Part shown: positions 27,569 through 37,471 of the stretch, piece by piece | Layout of the letters: every line of letters starts with the position of its first letter | Position numbering within the stretch: position 1 is the first letter of the stretch | Source: Pseudobdellovibrionaceae bacterium | Lineage (GTDB): Bacteria; Bdellovibrionota; Bdellovibrionia; Bdellovibrionales; Bdellovibrionaceae | Assembly: GCA_947449255.1 (NCBI GenBank) | Contig: CANFQX010000012.1 | Span: 30,668 to 94,667 of the forward strand | Reading direction: 5' to 3' | DNA length: 64,000 bases | Notes under the pieces: generated by a model | What the model was told of the DNA's origin: nothing | The model's input: only the letters and a program-made list of their open reading frames with translations | Database searches by the model: none | Made by a program: the position numbers and the translations under genes

Positions 27569-29500
27569 TTAACGAACATCTCCACAACTCTTTAAATATT
27601 TAATCAGCTTAGAGAGCGAGCCCGTGGCCAGACAGGTGCAACTGTCCGCTCCGCCATAAAAAATATGCAGGTTGTCTTTCCAAACTCCCCAGCCGCAAGG
27701 GAAGACCACATTGCGAACTTGACCGAAGCGTTCATAGGCCTCTTCAGGTTCTAAGATGGGATCCAGGGAGCGTCCTATAATTTGCGAGGGCTCATTCAGA
27801 TCCAGCAGCAAAGCACCCAAACGGTAGTGCCGGTCGTGAGTGCCGACACCGTGGTAAAGGAGCAACCAGCCCTCTGGTGTTTTTATTGGTGGGGTGTTTG
27901 CGCCAATTTTTATTCCCTCCCAGCTGTCTTTTCTTGGGGGGATGACGGTTTGTGATTCCAACCATTGTGAAGAGCCATCAAAATTAAGTTCAGGGCGATA
28001 ATCGATCACGATGTCGGGCTCGATCCGGTGAATGATAACAAAATTGCCGCGAATTTTTTCTGGAAAGAGGCAGGCATCTTTGTCAGCAATGCCCGGAGGC
28101 GAAATCAGAACAGGCTTTGTCCAGGATTCCCATTTTCTAGCTCTAAAGTCTTCGAGCCGGATTGAAGTCATGGCCACGCGGGGCGGGCTGTCTCCACGGT
28201 AGGCAGTGTAGAGCATATACACTTGATCATTGATTAAGGTCAGTCTTGGATCCTCGCACCCAGAGTGACCTTGGGCATAAGCCTTCTCTTCAAAATATTC
28301 CCGCGGTCGATAAATGGGCTCTGACTCTCTGCTGATAAATTCTGTTGTGTCTGCAGAAAAAGTGGCCAGTCCCATGTAGGAGGTTCCGGTGTTGTCTTGG
28401 CCTCGATAGACCACTTCAAGCTTGTCGCCATCTTGAAGCACTCCTGGATTGTAAACTCCAAGTCTTTCCCAAGGATGATCCCAACGAGAGGTCAAGACTG
28501 GATTGCGAAGGGATCTGTTCAGAATAGGAAGACTGACAGATTCGTAAACAAGGCTTTTCATGAGTGTCGGCAAATGGCAGGTGGCCAGGGCACACACCGT
28601 GTCTGCACCGCCGTAGTAAACATGAAGTTCTTCTCCTTCAATAATTGCCCCTGATGGAAAAACCACATTGGAGACGGTGCCATTGATTTCATAGCCTTCC
28701 TTAGGCACTAAGAGCGGATATTGGCTGCGAGCTAAAACTTTTTTTGGATTTTTTGCATCTAACAAGGCAGCTTCAATTCCAAAGACAGTCCCCGGGTGAC
28801 CATAGTTTTGAATTCGGCAGTAAATTAAAAGCCAACCCTCTTTCACTTTCACGGGAACTGCGCCCACTTCAATTTGATCCGTATCGAGTCTGCGTAAATG
28901 CAGAGCATGATGAGGAAGATCTAAATACCATTTATTCCAGAATTCCCGGGACCACAGGTCTTCTAGTTTTTCAAAGGTGGCAATGCCCACGGTTGAAGGC
29001 GGTAGATCTGTATTCACACTTAAAATCACTGTGTACTTGCCATTGATTTTTTCAGGAAACATCGCCATGGCTTTGGCATTGAAGGGAGTGACCAGGTGAT
29101 ACTCAGGCTTGCTGTCAAAATTATTAAAAATAGCAACGCCGACTCGGATATGATCAGAAACAAAAGGATAGGCTCCGATAGCTGTATAAAAAAGGAATTT
29201 TTTTTCCTCGAGGTTGGTGACTCTGGGGTCTTCACAACCAAAGCGATCCCAGGGACGTCCGGGATGAATCAAGAGGCCTTCTTTTTGAAAGCTCACTCCG
29301 TCCTTGGAGGTGGCGTGCCCTATGGAGGACATTCTTAATTCTTTGCTCTCAAGCTGACGATGGTCAGAAATGGCCCGATAGAAAAGATGATAGACTTCGC
29401 CTTCTTGGCAGACATTTCCGTTGAAGGCTGCAAAGCTTTCCCACTCATTTCTTAAGTCAGGAACAAGAATTGGATTTGATATATTTCTTGTGAGTTGCAT
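27569..29500 (-). CDS. Tandem two-domain GH130-like glycosidase/phosphorylase
   Basis: Two copies of NP(I/V)L..W, GCEDPR, P(S/C)G and (Y/F)YGGAD(T/S). Confidence 0.88.
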   Translation of the reverse strand: MQLTRNISNPILVPDLRNEWESFAAFNGNVCQEGEVYHLFYRAISDHRQLESKELRMSSIGHATSKDGVSFQKEGLLIHPGRPWDRFGCEDPRVTNLEEKKFLFYTAIGAYPFVSDHIRVGVAIFNNFDSKPEYHLVTPFNAKAMAMFPEKINGKYTVILSVNTDLPPSTVGIATFEKLEDLWSREFWNKWYLDLPHHALHLRRLDTDQIEVGAVPVKVKEGWLLIYCRIQNYGHPGTVFGIEAALLDAKNPKKVLARSQYPLLVPKEGYEINGTVSNVVFPSGAIIEGEELHVYYGGADTVCALATCHLPTLMKSLVYESVSLPILNRSLRNPVLTSRWDHPWERLGVYNPGVLQDGDKLEVVYRGQDNTGTSYMGLATFSADTTEFISRESEPIYRPREYFEEKAYAQGHSGCEDPRLTLINDQVYMLYTAYRGDSPPRVAMTSIRLEDFRARKWESWTKPVLISPPGIADKDACLFPEKIRGNFVIIHRIEPDIVIDYRPELNFDGSSQWLESQTVIPPRKDSWEGIKIGANTPPIKTPEGWLLLYHGVGTHDRHYRLGALLLDLNEPSQIIGRSLDPILEPEEAYERFGQVRNVVFPCGWGVWKDNLHIFYGGADSCTCLATGSLSKLIKYLKSCGDVR

Positions 29501-29549
29501 GGCTTCCCATCTTTATCAGTTTGTTGTTCAAGGTTTTTTAGGATCACTT

Positions 29550-29942
29550 CTAAAAACTTGCGCCCGCTTCCGGGCGACTTCTCGGCTCCGGAGGTCTGGA
29601 TCTTTCTGCTTCGTTCATTTTTTTTCTGGCGATTTTAGAGGACTCGAGTTTTTTTAAAGTTTCGTCGAAGGCTTCATGAATCAAGGCAAAAATGTCAGCA
29701 CTAGAGCCTTCTGCAGAGGGGCAGCGTTCGACTTTCAGTTCATAGCCAGGGACGTTCACTTCAATCTTAAAGTAATAGATGTTACCTGGATAGCGATGAT
29801 GATAGGGAAGGTCAAAATAAACTCGACAGCTTTCGATGCCATCAAAGTTTTTCTCAAGGACCTCGACTTCCTTTTCAAGATGTCTTCGAATCGATTTAAC
29901 CTCAGGCATGTTTTTAAAAATCACTTCGAAATTTAGGCTCAT
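29550..29942 (-). CDS. HPF/RaiA-family ribosome-associated protein
   Basis: EVIFKNM....IRRHLEKEVEVLEK..DGIESCRV..DLPYHHRYPGNIY..KIEVNVPG..L......ADIFALIHEAFD pattern. Confidence 0.75.
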   Translation of the reverse strand: MSLNFEVIFKNMPEVKSIRRHLEKEVEVLEKNFDGIESCRVYFDLPYHHRYPGNIYYFKIEVNVPGYELKVERCPSAEGSSADIFALIHEAFDETLKKLESSKIARKKMNEAERSRPPEPRSRPEAGASF

Positions 29943-30293
29943 TCTTAACTCCTCGCAGGTCAGAAAAATTTGACAGGTCCTTCTTTGCGCTTTCGCAAAT
30001 GTTGGTGCTTTTGGATCCTTTGTCGAGCGAATTTTATTAATTTAAGGTGTTTGAATTTAAATGGAAGAAAAAACAGGACAAGTTGATCAATGACATTTTT
30101 TTTAAAATTATTTTCGATTTTTAAACGAATCTTTCCTTTAGTGATTAAATCGAATCGCAAAATGTGATTCTAACTTCAGGTTCTATAATAAAAGAAACGC
30201 GAGTTTTATTGCTCAAGGAATTTAGGTATTCTAATCCAGCCAAGCCCTGGCAAGCCCCTCTCATTAAAAGGGTTGAATCTCAGAGGAGTTTTC

Positions 30294-30707
30294 ATGAGTA
30301 CAAAATCTTTTTTTTGCAAGGTCCTTCTCATATTCTCAAGTCTCGTTGCCTTGATTTATTTGGATGGTTGCGGCTACGCACTTGATGCGATTCACCCGAC
30401 GACGCTGTCAAACGATGGCGGAAGTTCAAGTCAGTCGTCCACTGTACCTGCAAATCAAATTGATTATGCAGTGATTAGAACAGAGATTTTTGCTCCTCAC
30501 TGCTATGAATGCCACTCTTTGGCAGGTGGCAATGCTGGGGGAATTAATCTTGAAACCTATTTGAATATAAAAAGTAATCTGAGTGATATTCAAATTGATA
30601 TGGCCGACGATTCAATGCCAAAGGACAGGCCACCTCTGTCCAGTGCAGAAAAAAATTTACTAGCCTTGTGGATCTCTCAGGGAGCGCCCGAATTCGTGAT
30701 TCCTTAG
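30294..30707 (+). CDS. Exported/lipoprotein mono-heme c-type cytochrome (planctomycete cytochrome C-like)
   Basis: CYECH heme motif, GGINLETY, SMPKDRPPLS..EKNLLALWISQGAP; RBS GAGGAG before ATG 30294; hydrophobic N-terminus ending LDGC. Confidence 0.78.
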   Translation: MSTKSFFCKVLLIFSSLVALIYLDGCGYALDAIHPTTLSNDGGSSSQSSTVPANQIDYAVIRTEIFAPHCYECHSLAGGNAGGINLETYLNIKSNLSDIQIDMADDSMPKDRPPLSSAEKNLLALWISQGAPEFVIP

Positions 30708-30913
30708 GCAGCGCTTTAGGGCAAGGGCTTCAACCGAAGACTAGGCTTGGGACGAAATGTTCTGGCCTTCTCAACTGAGGATGCTTCATCCTAAGCCACT
30801 TTTAAAAAAATGTGTTTCAAAACTCACCTCCAAACGCGTCTCAATGCCAATAGAGGCAGCCTTCATGTTAAGCTCAAAGTCATGAATTTTTAAAATTCTT
30901 TGAAGGAGTCAAT

Positions 30914-32293
30914 ATGTTGAACGTGAGCTCTAAAAAAAATGAATCCACCTCAGGGATCTGGACGGTCATCGGTGCGTCGAGTGCGGGGACACTGATAGAG
31001 TGGTATGACTTTTATATCTTTGGTTCCTTGGCTACGATCATTGCCGCACAATTTTTTCCTAAAGGAAATGAAACCGTCGCGCTCTTAAGCACCCTGGCAA
31101 CTTTTGCGACTGGATTTATCGTGCGCCCCTTTGGCGCTTTGATTTTTGGCCGTATAGGAGACCTCGTCGGTCGCAAATATGCCTTTATGGTGACATTGCT
31201 GATTATGGGTGGGGCCACCACGGCGATTGGGCTCTTGCCCACTTATGAGCAGGTTGGGATTTTTGCGCCCATCGGACTGCTGGTCTTGCGCTTGTTGCAG
31301 GGCTTAGCTTTGGGCGGTGAATACGGAGGAGCGGCCACCTATGTGGCTGAGCACAGCCCCGATGGTAAAAGGGGATACTACACAAGCTTTATTCAGACCA
31401 CGGCAACCTTGGGTTTGTTTGTTTCATTGGGTGTTATTCTTGCCACTCGCTTAGGTACAGGAGAAGTGGCCTTTAAACAGTGGGGTTGGCGCATTCCATT
31501 TGTAGTCTCCGTGGCTTTGGTGGCCTTTAGTTATTATATCCGTCGTCGAATGAGTGAGTCCCCCGTCTTTCAAAAAATGAAAGCCTCGGGAAAGGCCTCA
31601 AAATCGCCTCTCAGGGATAGTTTTTTAAATCCAGAAAATCGCAAAATGGTTTTGATCGCCTTGTTTGGCGCGACGGCAGGACAGGGAGTTGTCTGGTATA
31701 CGGGGCAGTTTTATGCTCTCTATTATTTACAGACAGTCCTGAAAGTTGATTTTGTTATCGCGAATATGGTGATCGCTATTGCTCTGTTGCTTGCCACACC
31801 TTTCTTTGTGGTGTTTGGAGCCTTGTCAGATAAAATTGGACGAAAAAAAATCATGCTCTCTGGAATGGTTGTGGCCGCACTCACTTACTATCCCATCTAT
31901 CGTGCAATGGAGCATTACTCTGGGTGGAATCCTTTGGAGCCCAATGCGACAGCCCTGAATCCCAATATGTTTGCCTTAACAGCCTTAGTGTTTATTCAAG
32001 TTCTTTATGTGACTGCGGTCTACGGGCCTATCGCGGCTTTTTTGGTGGAATTGTTTCCGGCCAATATACGCTACACTTCAATGTCATTGCCCTATCATAT
32101 TGGCAATGGAGTCTTCGGTGGGCTGGTGCCCTTTATAGGGACGGCTATGGTGGCCTCGACCGGAAATCACTTCGCCGGATTGATTTATCCAATTTCGATC
32201 GCGGTGATCACGGTGTTCATTGGAGGCTTTTTAATTAAAGAGAAAAAAGATGTGAAATGGTTCGATGATAATAAAGGCTCTGATGCGGCTTAA
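30914..32293 (+). CDS. MFS transporter, metabolite:H+ symporter (MHS) family
   Basis: GTLIEWYDFYIF, RPFGALIFGRIGDLVGRK, LQGLALGGEYGGA, WGWRIPF, ELFPANIRYT. Confidence 0.95.
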   Translation: MLNVSSKKNESTSGIWTVIGASSAGTLIEWYDFYIFGSLATIIAAQFFPKGNETVALLSTLATFATGFIVRPFGALIFGRIGDLVGRKYAFMVTLLIMGGATTAIGLLPTYEQVGIFAPIGLLVLRLLQGLALGGEYGGAATYVAEHSPDGKRGYYTSFIQTTATLGLFVSLGVILATRLGTGEVAFKQWGWRIPFVVSVALVAFSYYIRRRMSESPVFQKMKASGKASKSPLRDSFLNPENRKMVLIALFGATAGQGVVWYTGQFYALYYLQTVLKVDFVIANMVIAIALLLATPFFVVFGALSDKIGRKKIMLSGMVVAALTYYPIYRAMEHYSGWNPLEPNATALNPNMFALTALVFIQVLYVTAVYGPIAAFLVELFPANIRYTSMSLPYHIGNGVFGGLVPFIGTAMVASTGNHFAGLIYPISIAVITVFIGGFLIKEKKDVKWFDDNKGSDAA

Positions 32294-32399
32294 CACAGGG
32301 CGCTTAAATTAAAAGATGGATAGGGGAGGAATTTATTTTTCGTCTATCCATTAAACATCAATATTTTAATGGAGCAAATTCAGTGCATTCAATTTTTCT

Positions 32400-33422
32400 T
32401 TAGAAGAAGAAATCGAATTCATCTCTTAAGCGCTGTTTGGCTGAGATTTCTTTTTGCTCTATTAAGAGTGTGTCCTTCAGCTGCATTCGTCTTAAAAAAT
32501 GGGCTTTTCGCTGTTCAGGAATTTCGGGATCTTCGATAAGTGCAAGGGTGCTGTTCAGGGGACTTGTTTTCAATAATTTTTCCTGGATTAGATTATTGGT
32601 CAAGGCCTTCAGTAAACTTATTGAAGCGCTTTTGTTTTCAGAGTTCGATGGAACGATCGCGCCCCAGACGAGCAAAGCCGACAACTGAGCCTTGGTTTGC
32701 AGCTCAGGATGAAGCTCATTGATCGAAGTTTCAATGATGCCGTTCTTTTCAAAGCGGTTCAATTCGTCCAGCTGAAGAGTCAGAATCTTTCTTTTTTCTA
32801 GAAGTGGCCAAATGTCTTGGGACTTCCAAATTAAAAAATGGTTTAAGATAAGATCTTCATCTGCCAGCAGGAATAAGTTTTTTTGTTTATGCTCTTTAAG
32901 ATCTGCAGTGAAATCTTGATTAAGCTCTGTCAAAAAACCAGTTTTGATCCAATAGATCGGTAAAAAATCAAGGGACTTTTTATCTGAGCTAGGGTTGCCG
33001 CTCCCATTCATTGGGACACTAGACCCGGATGTGAGGTTTAAGCCTTCAATAAAATCAGAGGAGACTCTTTGCGCAAGTTCTGAGTTGTTATCCGTGAAGG
33101 AGGCCAGTAAATTTTGTTGTCGCAAAGTTGTGGCCCAATAAGACGGAAGAAAAATAAGGTCCAATGACGGGCTGGCCACCATTTTTGCCAGCAGCAGATC
33201 CCAGTCTCTGGTTACAGTCGCTTCGATGGTGATATGCAGTTCTTGCTCTAAAACAGTTCTTAGTTCTTTGGGAAATAAAAGTTCATCCGTGGTGAGCACT
33301 CGGATCTTAGGTGGTGGGAAAAAAAAGTTTTTTACAAGTCCCTGAGGCAGATATCCATGAAGGAAACCCGCCCCAATGCAGACTATAAAAAATAAAAACC
33401 ACAGGAAACTAGAAAGCCTCAT
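32400..33422 (-). CDS. Putative extracellular solute-binding protein (PotD-like, divergent)
   Basis: N-terminal anchor MRLSSFLWFLFFIV; LEQELHITIEAT..LLAKM..PSLDLIFLPSYWATTLRQQNLL resembles PotD/PotF. Start moved from the track's 33521 to ATG 33422. Confidence 0.55.
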   Translation of the reverse strand: MRLSSFLWFLFFIVCIGAGFLHGYLPQGLVKNFFFPPPKIRVLTTDELLFPKELRTVLEQELHITIEATVTRDWDLLLAKMVASPSLDLIFLPSYWATTLRQQNLLASFTDNNSELAQRVSSDFIEGLNLTSGSSVPMNGSGNPSSDKKSLDFLPIYWIKTGFLTELNQDFTADLKEHKQKNLFLLADEDLILNHFLIWKSQDIWPLLEKRKILTLQLDELNRFEKNGIIETSINELHPELQTKAQLSALLVWGAIVPSNSENKSASISLLKALTNNLIQEKLLKTSPLNSTLALIEDPEIPEQRKAHFLRRMQLKDTLLIEQKEISAKQRLRDEFDFFF

Positions 33423-34407
33423 CAAATGCAACCGCACCGCTGACACCAACTTGGTAGGCAGAAACACGTCTTTCAAAAAAGTTTGCAAGTTCTTGCATGT
33501 CTTGAAGTTCCATAAAATCAAATGGATTTTTCACGTTGTAGCGAGGAGCAATGTTTAAAGTTTCCAAGCGTTGATCAGCACAATATTCAAGATATTGTCT
33601 CATGTCTTTGGCAGACAATCCGGCAACACCCAATTGCAACACATCATTTGCAAATTCCATTTCACATTCAATGGCATCTTCAAGCATTTGCACAACCATG
33701 TCTTCCATCTGCGCATTGAAAAGTTCTGGCTCTTCTTTGCGGGCCGTTTTGATCACTTCAAGAGCAAAGGCCATATGCATAGATTCGTCCCTGAACACCC
33801 AGTTGGTTCCAGAAGCAAGACCTGCTAACAGTCCTTTAGAGCGAAGGAAATAAACATAGGCAAAAGCCGCATAAAAGAAAAGTCCCTCAACACAAGTTGC
33901 AAAACAAATCAAATTCATCAAGAAGCGACGGCGATCATCAATAGTTTTAATCTCTTCTAAATTATTGATGGAGTCGATCCATTTAAAACAGAAATCAGCT
34001 TTCTTTTTAATAGAAGGAATAGACTCAATGGCGCGGAAAGCCTCTGCGCGTTCATCCGGATTAGGGATATAGCTGTCTAGTAAAGTGAGGTAAAATTGCA
34101 CATGAAGAGCCTCTTCATACAATTGGCGAGAAAGGTACATGCGACCTTCTGGCGAATTGATATGTTTGTAGAGATTCAAAACCAAATTGTTACCAACAAT
34201 AGAATCACCAGTGGCAAAGAAAGCCACAAGTCGACGAATCAAGTGTTTTTCTGACTCTGACAATTTGGTGTGAAGATCAACCAGGTCAGTTGAAAAATCG
34301 ACTTCTTCAACTGTCCAAGTGTTTTTGATGCCATTTTTGTACATCTCAAAGAAAAGAGGGTATTTCATTGGGCGTAATGTTAAATCGAATCCAGGATCAA
34401 GAATCAT
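33409..34407 (-). CDS. nrdB: Ribonucleoside-diphosphate reductase beta subunit (class Ia)
   Basis: WTVEEVDFSTD, FATGDSIV, EEALHVQFY (radical Tyr at H+4), VEGLFFY, RDESMH. Confidence 0.96.
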   Translation of the reverse strand: MILDPGFDLTLRPMKYPLFFEMYKNGIKNTWTVEEVDFSTDLVDLHTKLSESEKHLIRRLVAFFATGDSIVGNNLVLNLYKHINSPEGRMYLSRQLYEEALHVQFYLTLLDSYIPNPDERAEAFRAIESIPSIKKKADFCFKWIDSINNLEEIKTIDDRRRFLMNLICFATCVEGLFFYAAFAYVYFLRSKGLLAGLASGTNWVFRDESMHMAFALEVIKTARKEEPELFNAQMEDMVVQMLEDAIECEMEFANDVLQLGVAGLSAKDMRQYLEYCADQRLETLNIAPRYNVKNPFDFMELQDMQELANFFERRVSAYQVGVSGAVAFDEAF

Positions 34408-34481
34408 AAAAATTACCTCTGGAGAGTGACTCCCTTTTTTTTATGCAGGGAGGTTTTGTGTTCAATTTAATTCAATTCAAA

Positions 34482-36911
34482 CTATTGGCAAGCTTCGCAA
34501 GCCTCTGGATTTTCCAGAGAGCAGGCAATAACTTCTGAATCCGAATATGTGGCTTTCGGAGCAGTCACTTCGACAGCAGCAGGAGCAGCTGAAACAGCTA
34601 TTTCGGCCGTGTTGTTCAGACTGCCTGTTCCAGTGGAGTTGGAATTCGGTCTAGTTGTGGTCTTTGCAATTTTAGTGGCTGGTCGTGAACGAAGATAATA
34701 AGTGGTTTTTACACCTTTTTTCCATGCATACATATACATAGAAGAAACCTTACCTATCGTCGGGCTTTCCATAAATAAATTTAAAGACTGAGCTTGATCA
34801 ATGAAGGCTCCGCGATCAGCAGCCATATCAACCAAAGACTTCATTGGGATTTCCCAAACAGTACGATACAACTCTTTGATCTCCGCAGGAATCATCGCCA
34901 CTTCATCAATAGAACCATCGTGAAGTTTGATATCATTGCGAAGCTCTTCATTCCATAAGCCAAGTGCTTTCAAATCTGAAACTAGGTATTTATTAATTTG
35001 CATGAATTCACCAGAAAGTGTCTCACGCTTAAATAAATTGGAAACCTGTGGCTCAATAGCTTCATAGCAGCCTACGATGGATGCAATGGTAGCCGTCGGC
35101 GCTATCGCAATAAGCAATGAATTTCTTAAGCCGTGAGCTTTAATCTGCTCCTTCAATTGCACAAATCTTTGTGGATTTGAAGGTGTGATTCCCCAGAGGT
35201 CATACTGCAAAAGACCTTTGGCTGCTTTGGTCTGTTCAAAGGCACCATGAGGGCCATTTTTTTCAGACAACTGACATGAAGTCAAAAGGGCATTGTAGTA
35301 AATTTCCTCTTGAATTTTAGCAGAAAGTTCACGTGCAATAGATGAATCAAAGGGCAGTTTCATTTGGAACAAAGCATCTTGAAGACCCATCACTCCTAAG
35401 CCCACTGGACGCCATTTATTGTTGGAATCTTGAGCTGTTTGAATAGGATAGAAATTGATATCAACAACACGGTCCAAATATTTAACAGCGGCGCGGACTG
35501 TTTTTGCCAATTTATCAAAATTAAACTGTCCGTTTTCAATATGACGACCCAAATTGATGGAACCCAAATTACAAACGGCTGTTTCTTTGTCTGAAGTCAC
35601 TTCAAGGATTTCAGTGCAAAGATTCGAAAGATGAATCACGTTGCCGTTTTCACCCGTTTGATTGGCCTTCATGTTTGAAGCATCTTTGAAAGTCATCCAG
35701 CCATTTCCAGTCTGCGCAAGAGTTTTCATCATGCGAGAGTAAAGATCGCGGGCATTGATTTGCTTAGTGTAAAGCTTAAGTCCCTCAGCCTTTTCATAAG
35801 CAGCTTCAAATTCAGGACCGTAGATGTCAACGAAGTGAGGCACGACATTGGGATCAAACAAAGACCACATTCCACCAGCTTCAACTCGCTTCATAAATAA
35901 ATCTGGAACCCAGTTTGCCAAATTCAAGTTGTGCGTGCGTTTTGCATCGTCACCCGTGTTGTCGCGAAGCTCAAGAAACTCCTCAATATCAGCATGCCAT
36001 GTTTCTAAATAGATACAGGCAGCGCCTTTGCGTTTTCCGCCTTGATTGACTGCAGAAACAGACGAATCCATAGTTTTAAGCCAAGGAATAATGCCGTTAG
36101 AGTGGCCATTCGTGCCCTTAATTAAAGATCCGCGAGAGCGAACGCGAGAGTAAGCCACGCCAATGCCGCCAGCAAACTTAGAGAGCAAAGCAATATCAGT
36201 GTATTTTTTGTAAATAGCTTCCAAGTCATCTGCAGGGGAATCTAAAAGGTAACAAGATGACATTTGCGGGCGCTTCGTTCCAGAGTTAAACAGAGTCGGA
36301 GTAGAAGGCATATAATCATGTGAAGAGATCAAACGATAAAATTCAACAGCCTCTTCAACATTTTTTGCCAGACCACAAGCCACGCGCATAAAGAAATACT
36401 GAGGTGTTTCAAGCACGAGCCGAGTCATTGGATTTTTTAAAAGGTATCGATCATAAACAGTTCTTAGACCGAAGTATTCAAAGCGGTCTGTGCGGAAAGG
36501 CTCAATGGCAGCGCAGAGTGCAGCTTTGTTGGCTTCCACAAATTTGTAAGTTTCTTCAGACAAAAGGCCTGTTGAAAAACCAATAGCGACAGAATCGGCA
36601 AAAGACTGAATTTTTTGGGAACGAACTTCCTCGTCAATATAGACCGAAAGAAGCCGAGCAGCCAATCTTGAGTATTCAGGCTCCTCACCAATTAAAAGCG
36701 AAGCAGTTTGAATGCAAAGATTGTCGAGTTCGTTTGTTGTAGCTCCATCATAAAGACCACTGATGGCCTTGGTTGCCACACGAAGTGGATCCACTTGAGT
36801 GAGTGCTTGGGTATTTCTAGTAACTCGCTCAACGATCTTGGTGACGTCAACGGGTTCAAGTGTGCCATCTCTTTTTTTAACTCGCATAATGTGAGCTGTT
36901 GTTTCCAACAT
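34482..36911 (-). CDS. nrdA: Ribonucleoside-diphosphate reductase alpha subunit with ATP cone
   Basis: VKKRDG (ATP cone), PSTPTLFN, MSSCYL, SNLCTEI, CNLGSINL, AIAPTATIASI, KTTYYLR, C-terminal CEACQ. Confidence 0.97.
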   Translation of the reverse strand: MLETTAHIMRVKKRDGTLEPVDVTKIVERVTRNTQALTQVDPLRVATKAISGLYDGATTNELDNLCIQTASLLIGEEPEYSRLAARLLSVYIDEEVRSQKIQSFADSVAIGFSTGLLSEETYKFVEANKAALCAAIEPFRTDRFEYFGLRTVYDRYLLKNPMTRLVLETPQYFFMRVACGLAKNVEEAVEFYRLISSHDYMPSTPTLFNSGTKRPQMSSCYLLDSPADDLEAIYKKYTDIALLSKFAGGIGVAYSRVRSRGSLIKGTNGHSNGIIPWLKTMDSSVSAVNQGGKRKGAACIYLETWHADIEEFLELRDNTGDDAKRTHNLNLANWVPDLFMKRVEAGGMWSLFDPNVVPHFVDIYGPEFEAAYEKAEGLKLYTKQINARDLYSRMMKTLAQTGNGWMTFKDASNMKANQTGENGNVIHLSNLCTEILEVTSDKETAVCNLGSINLGRHIENGQFNFDKLAKTVRAAVKYLDRVVDINFYPIQTAQDSNNKWRPVGLGVMGLQDALFQMKLPFDSSIARELSAKIQEEIYYNALLTSCQLSEKNGPHGAFEQTKAAKGLLQYDLWGITPSNPQRFVQLKEQIKAHGLRNSLLIAIAPTATIASIVGCYEAIEPQVSNLFKRETLSGEFMQINKYLVSDLKALGLWNEELRNDIKLHDGSIDEVAMIPAEIKELYRTVWEIPMKSLVDMAADRGAFIDQAQSLNLFMESPTIGKVSSMYMYAWKKGVKTTYYLRSRPATKIAKTTTRPNSNSTGTGSLNNTAEIAVSAAPAAVEVTAPKATYSDSEVIACSLENPEACEACQ

Positions 36912-37150
36912 GTCGTATCCCCTCAGCCTGGTTCCATCCAGGCAAAAAATTCCCTCTCAGAATTTACACCCCTCGTGCAAATCCTGATCGCAGCTTTAGC
37001 CTCATTTTGTTTTTGAATTGTTTAAAAACAAAACAGGTCATAAAATTTAAAGATTGGTGAGATTGAAAAATAAGCCCAGGCTTTGGTAAATAAATTTACA
37101 AAGAGGGTTCTTTTTAACACCTAGGTTGTCACTGTCCATTGCATATCTTT

Positions 37151-37166
37151 ATACTATATCTAGTGA
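37151..37166. promoter_or_regulatory. Probable NrdR box upstream of nrdAB
   Basis: ATACTATATCTAGTGA closely matches the NrdR consensus acaCwAtATaTwGtgt; 240 bp upstream of the nrdA start. A second box was not clearly found. Confidence 0.7.
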
Positions 37167-37471
37167 TAATTCTTCCCCCCTCGTCCATAAGGCAGGTGTT
37201 GATCTCTTTTTAACTTTGTAATTCTTTCGTGGAAGTTGCAAGGATATTTTTTGTAGTGACGCCAACTTTTTTTGACATTGCTTATCAATTAAGCATTTAT
37301 TAAGGGGCGCTTGACATGGCAATCCTGCGAAAAAATAAAGCAATTGTGCTGAATTTCCCTTGGGAAAAGTCAGCCAAATCTCTAAGTCTGTGATTATTGG
37401 TTAGGAAAAATCAAGAAACCTGAAGTTGTCTTACAGGATCTTAAATTTAACACCCATGGATATTCGACGTT

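Noticed and set aside
29960-30160. 66-aa minus-strand ORF upstream of the HPF-like gene
   Set aside because: AT-rich, Lys/Phe-biased chance ORF in a divergent promoter region.
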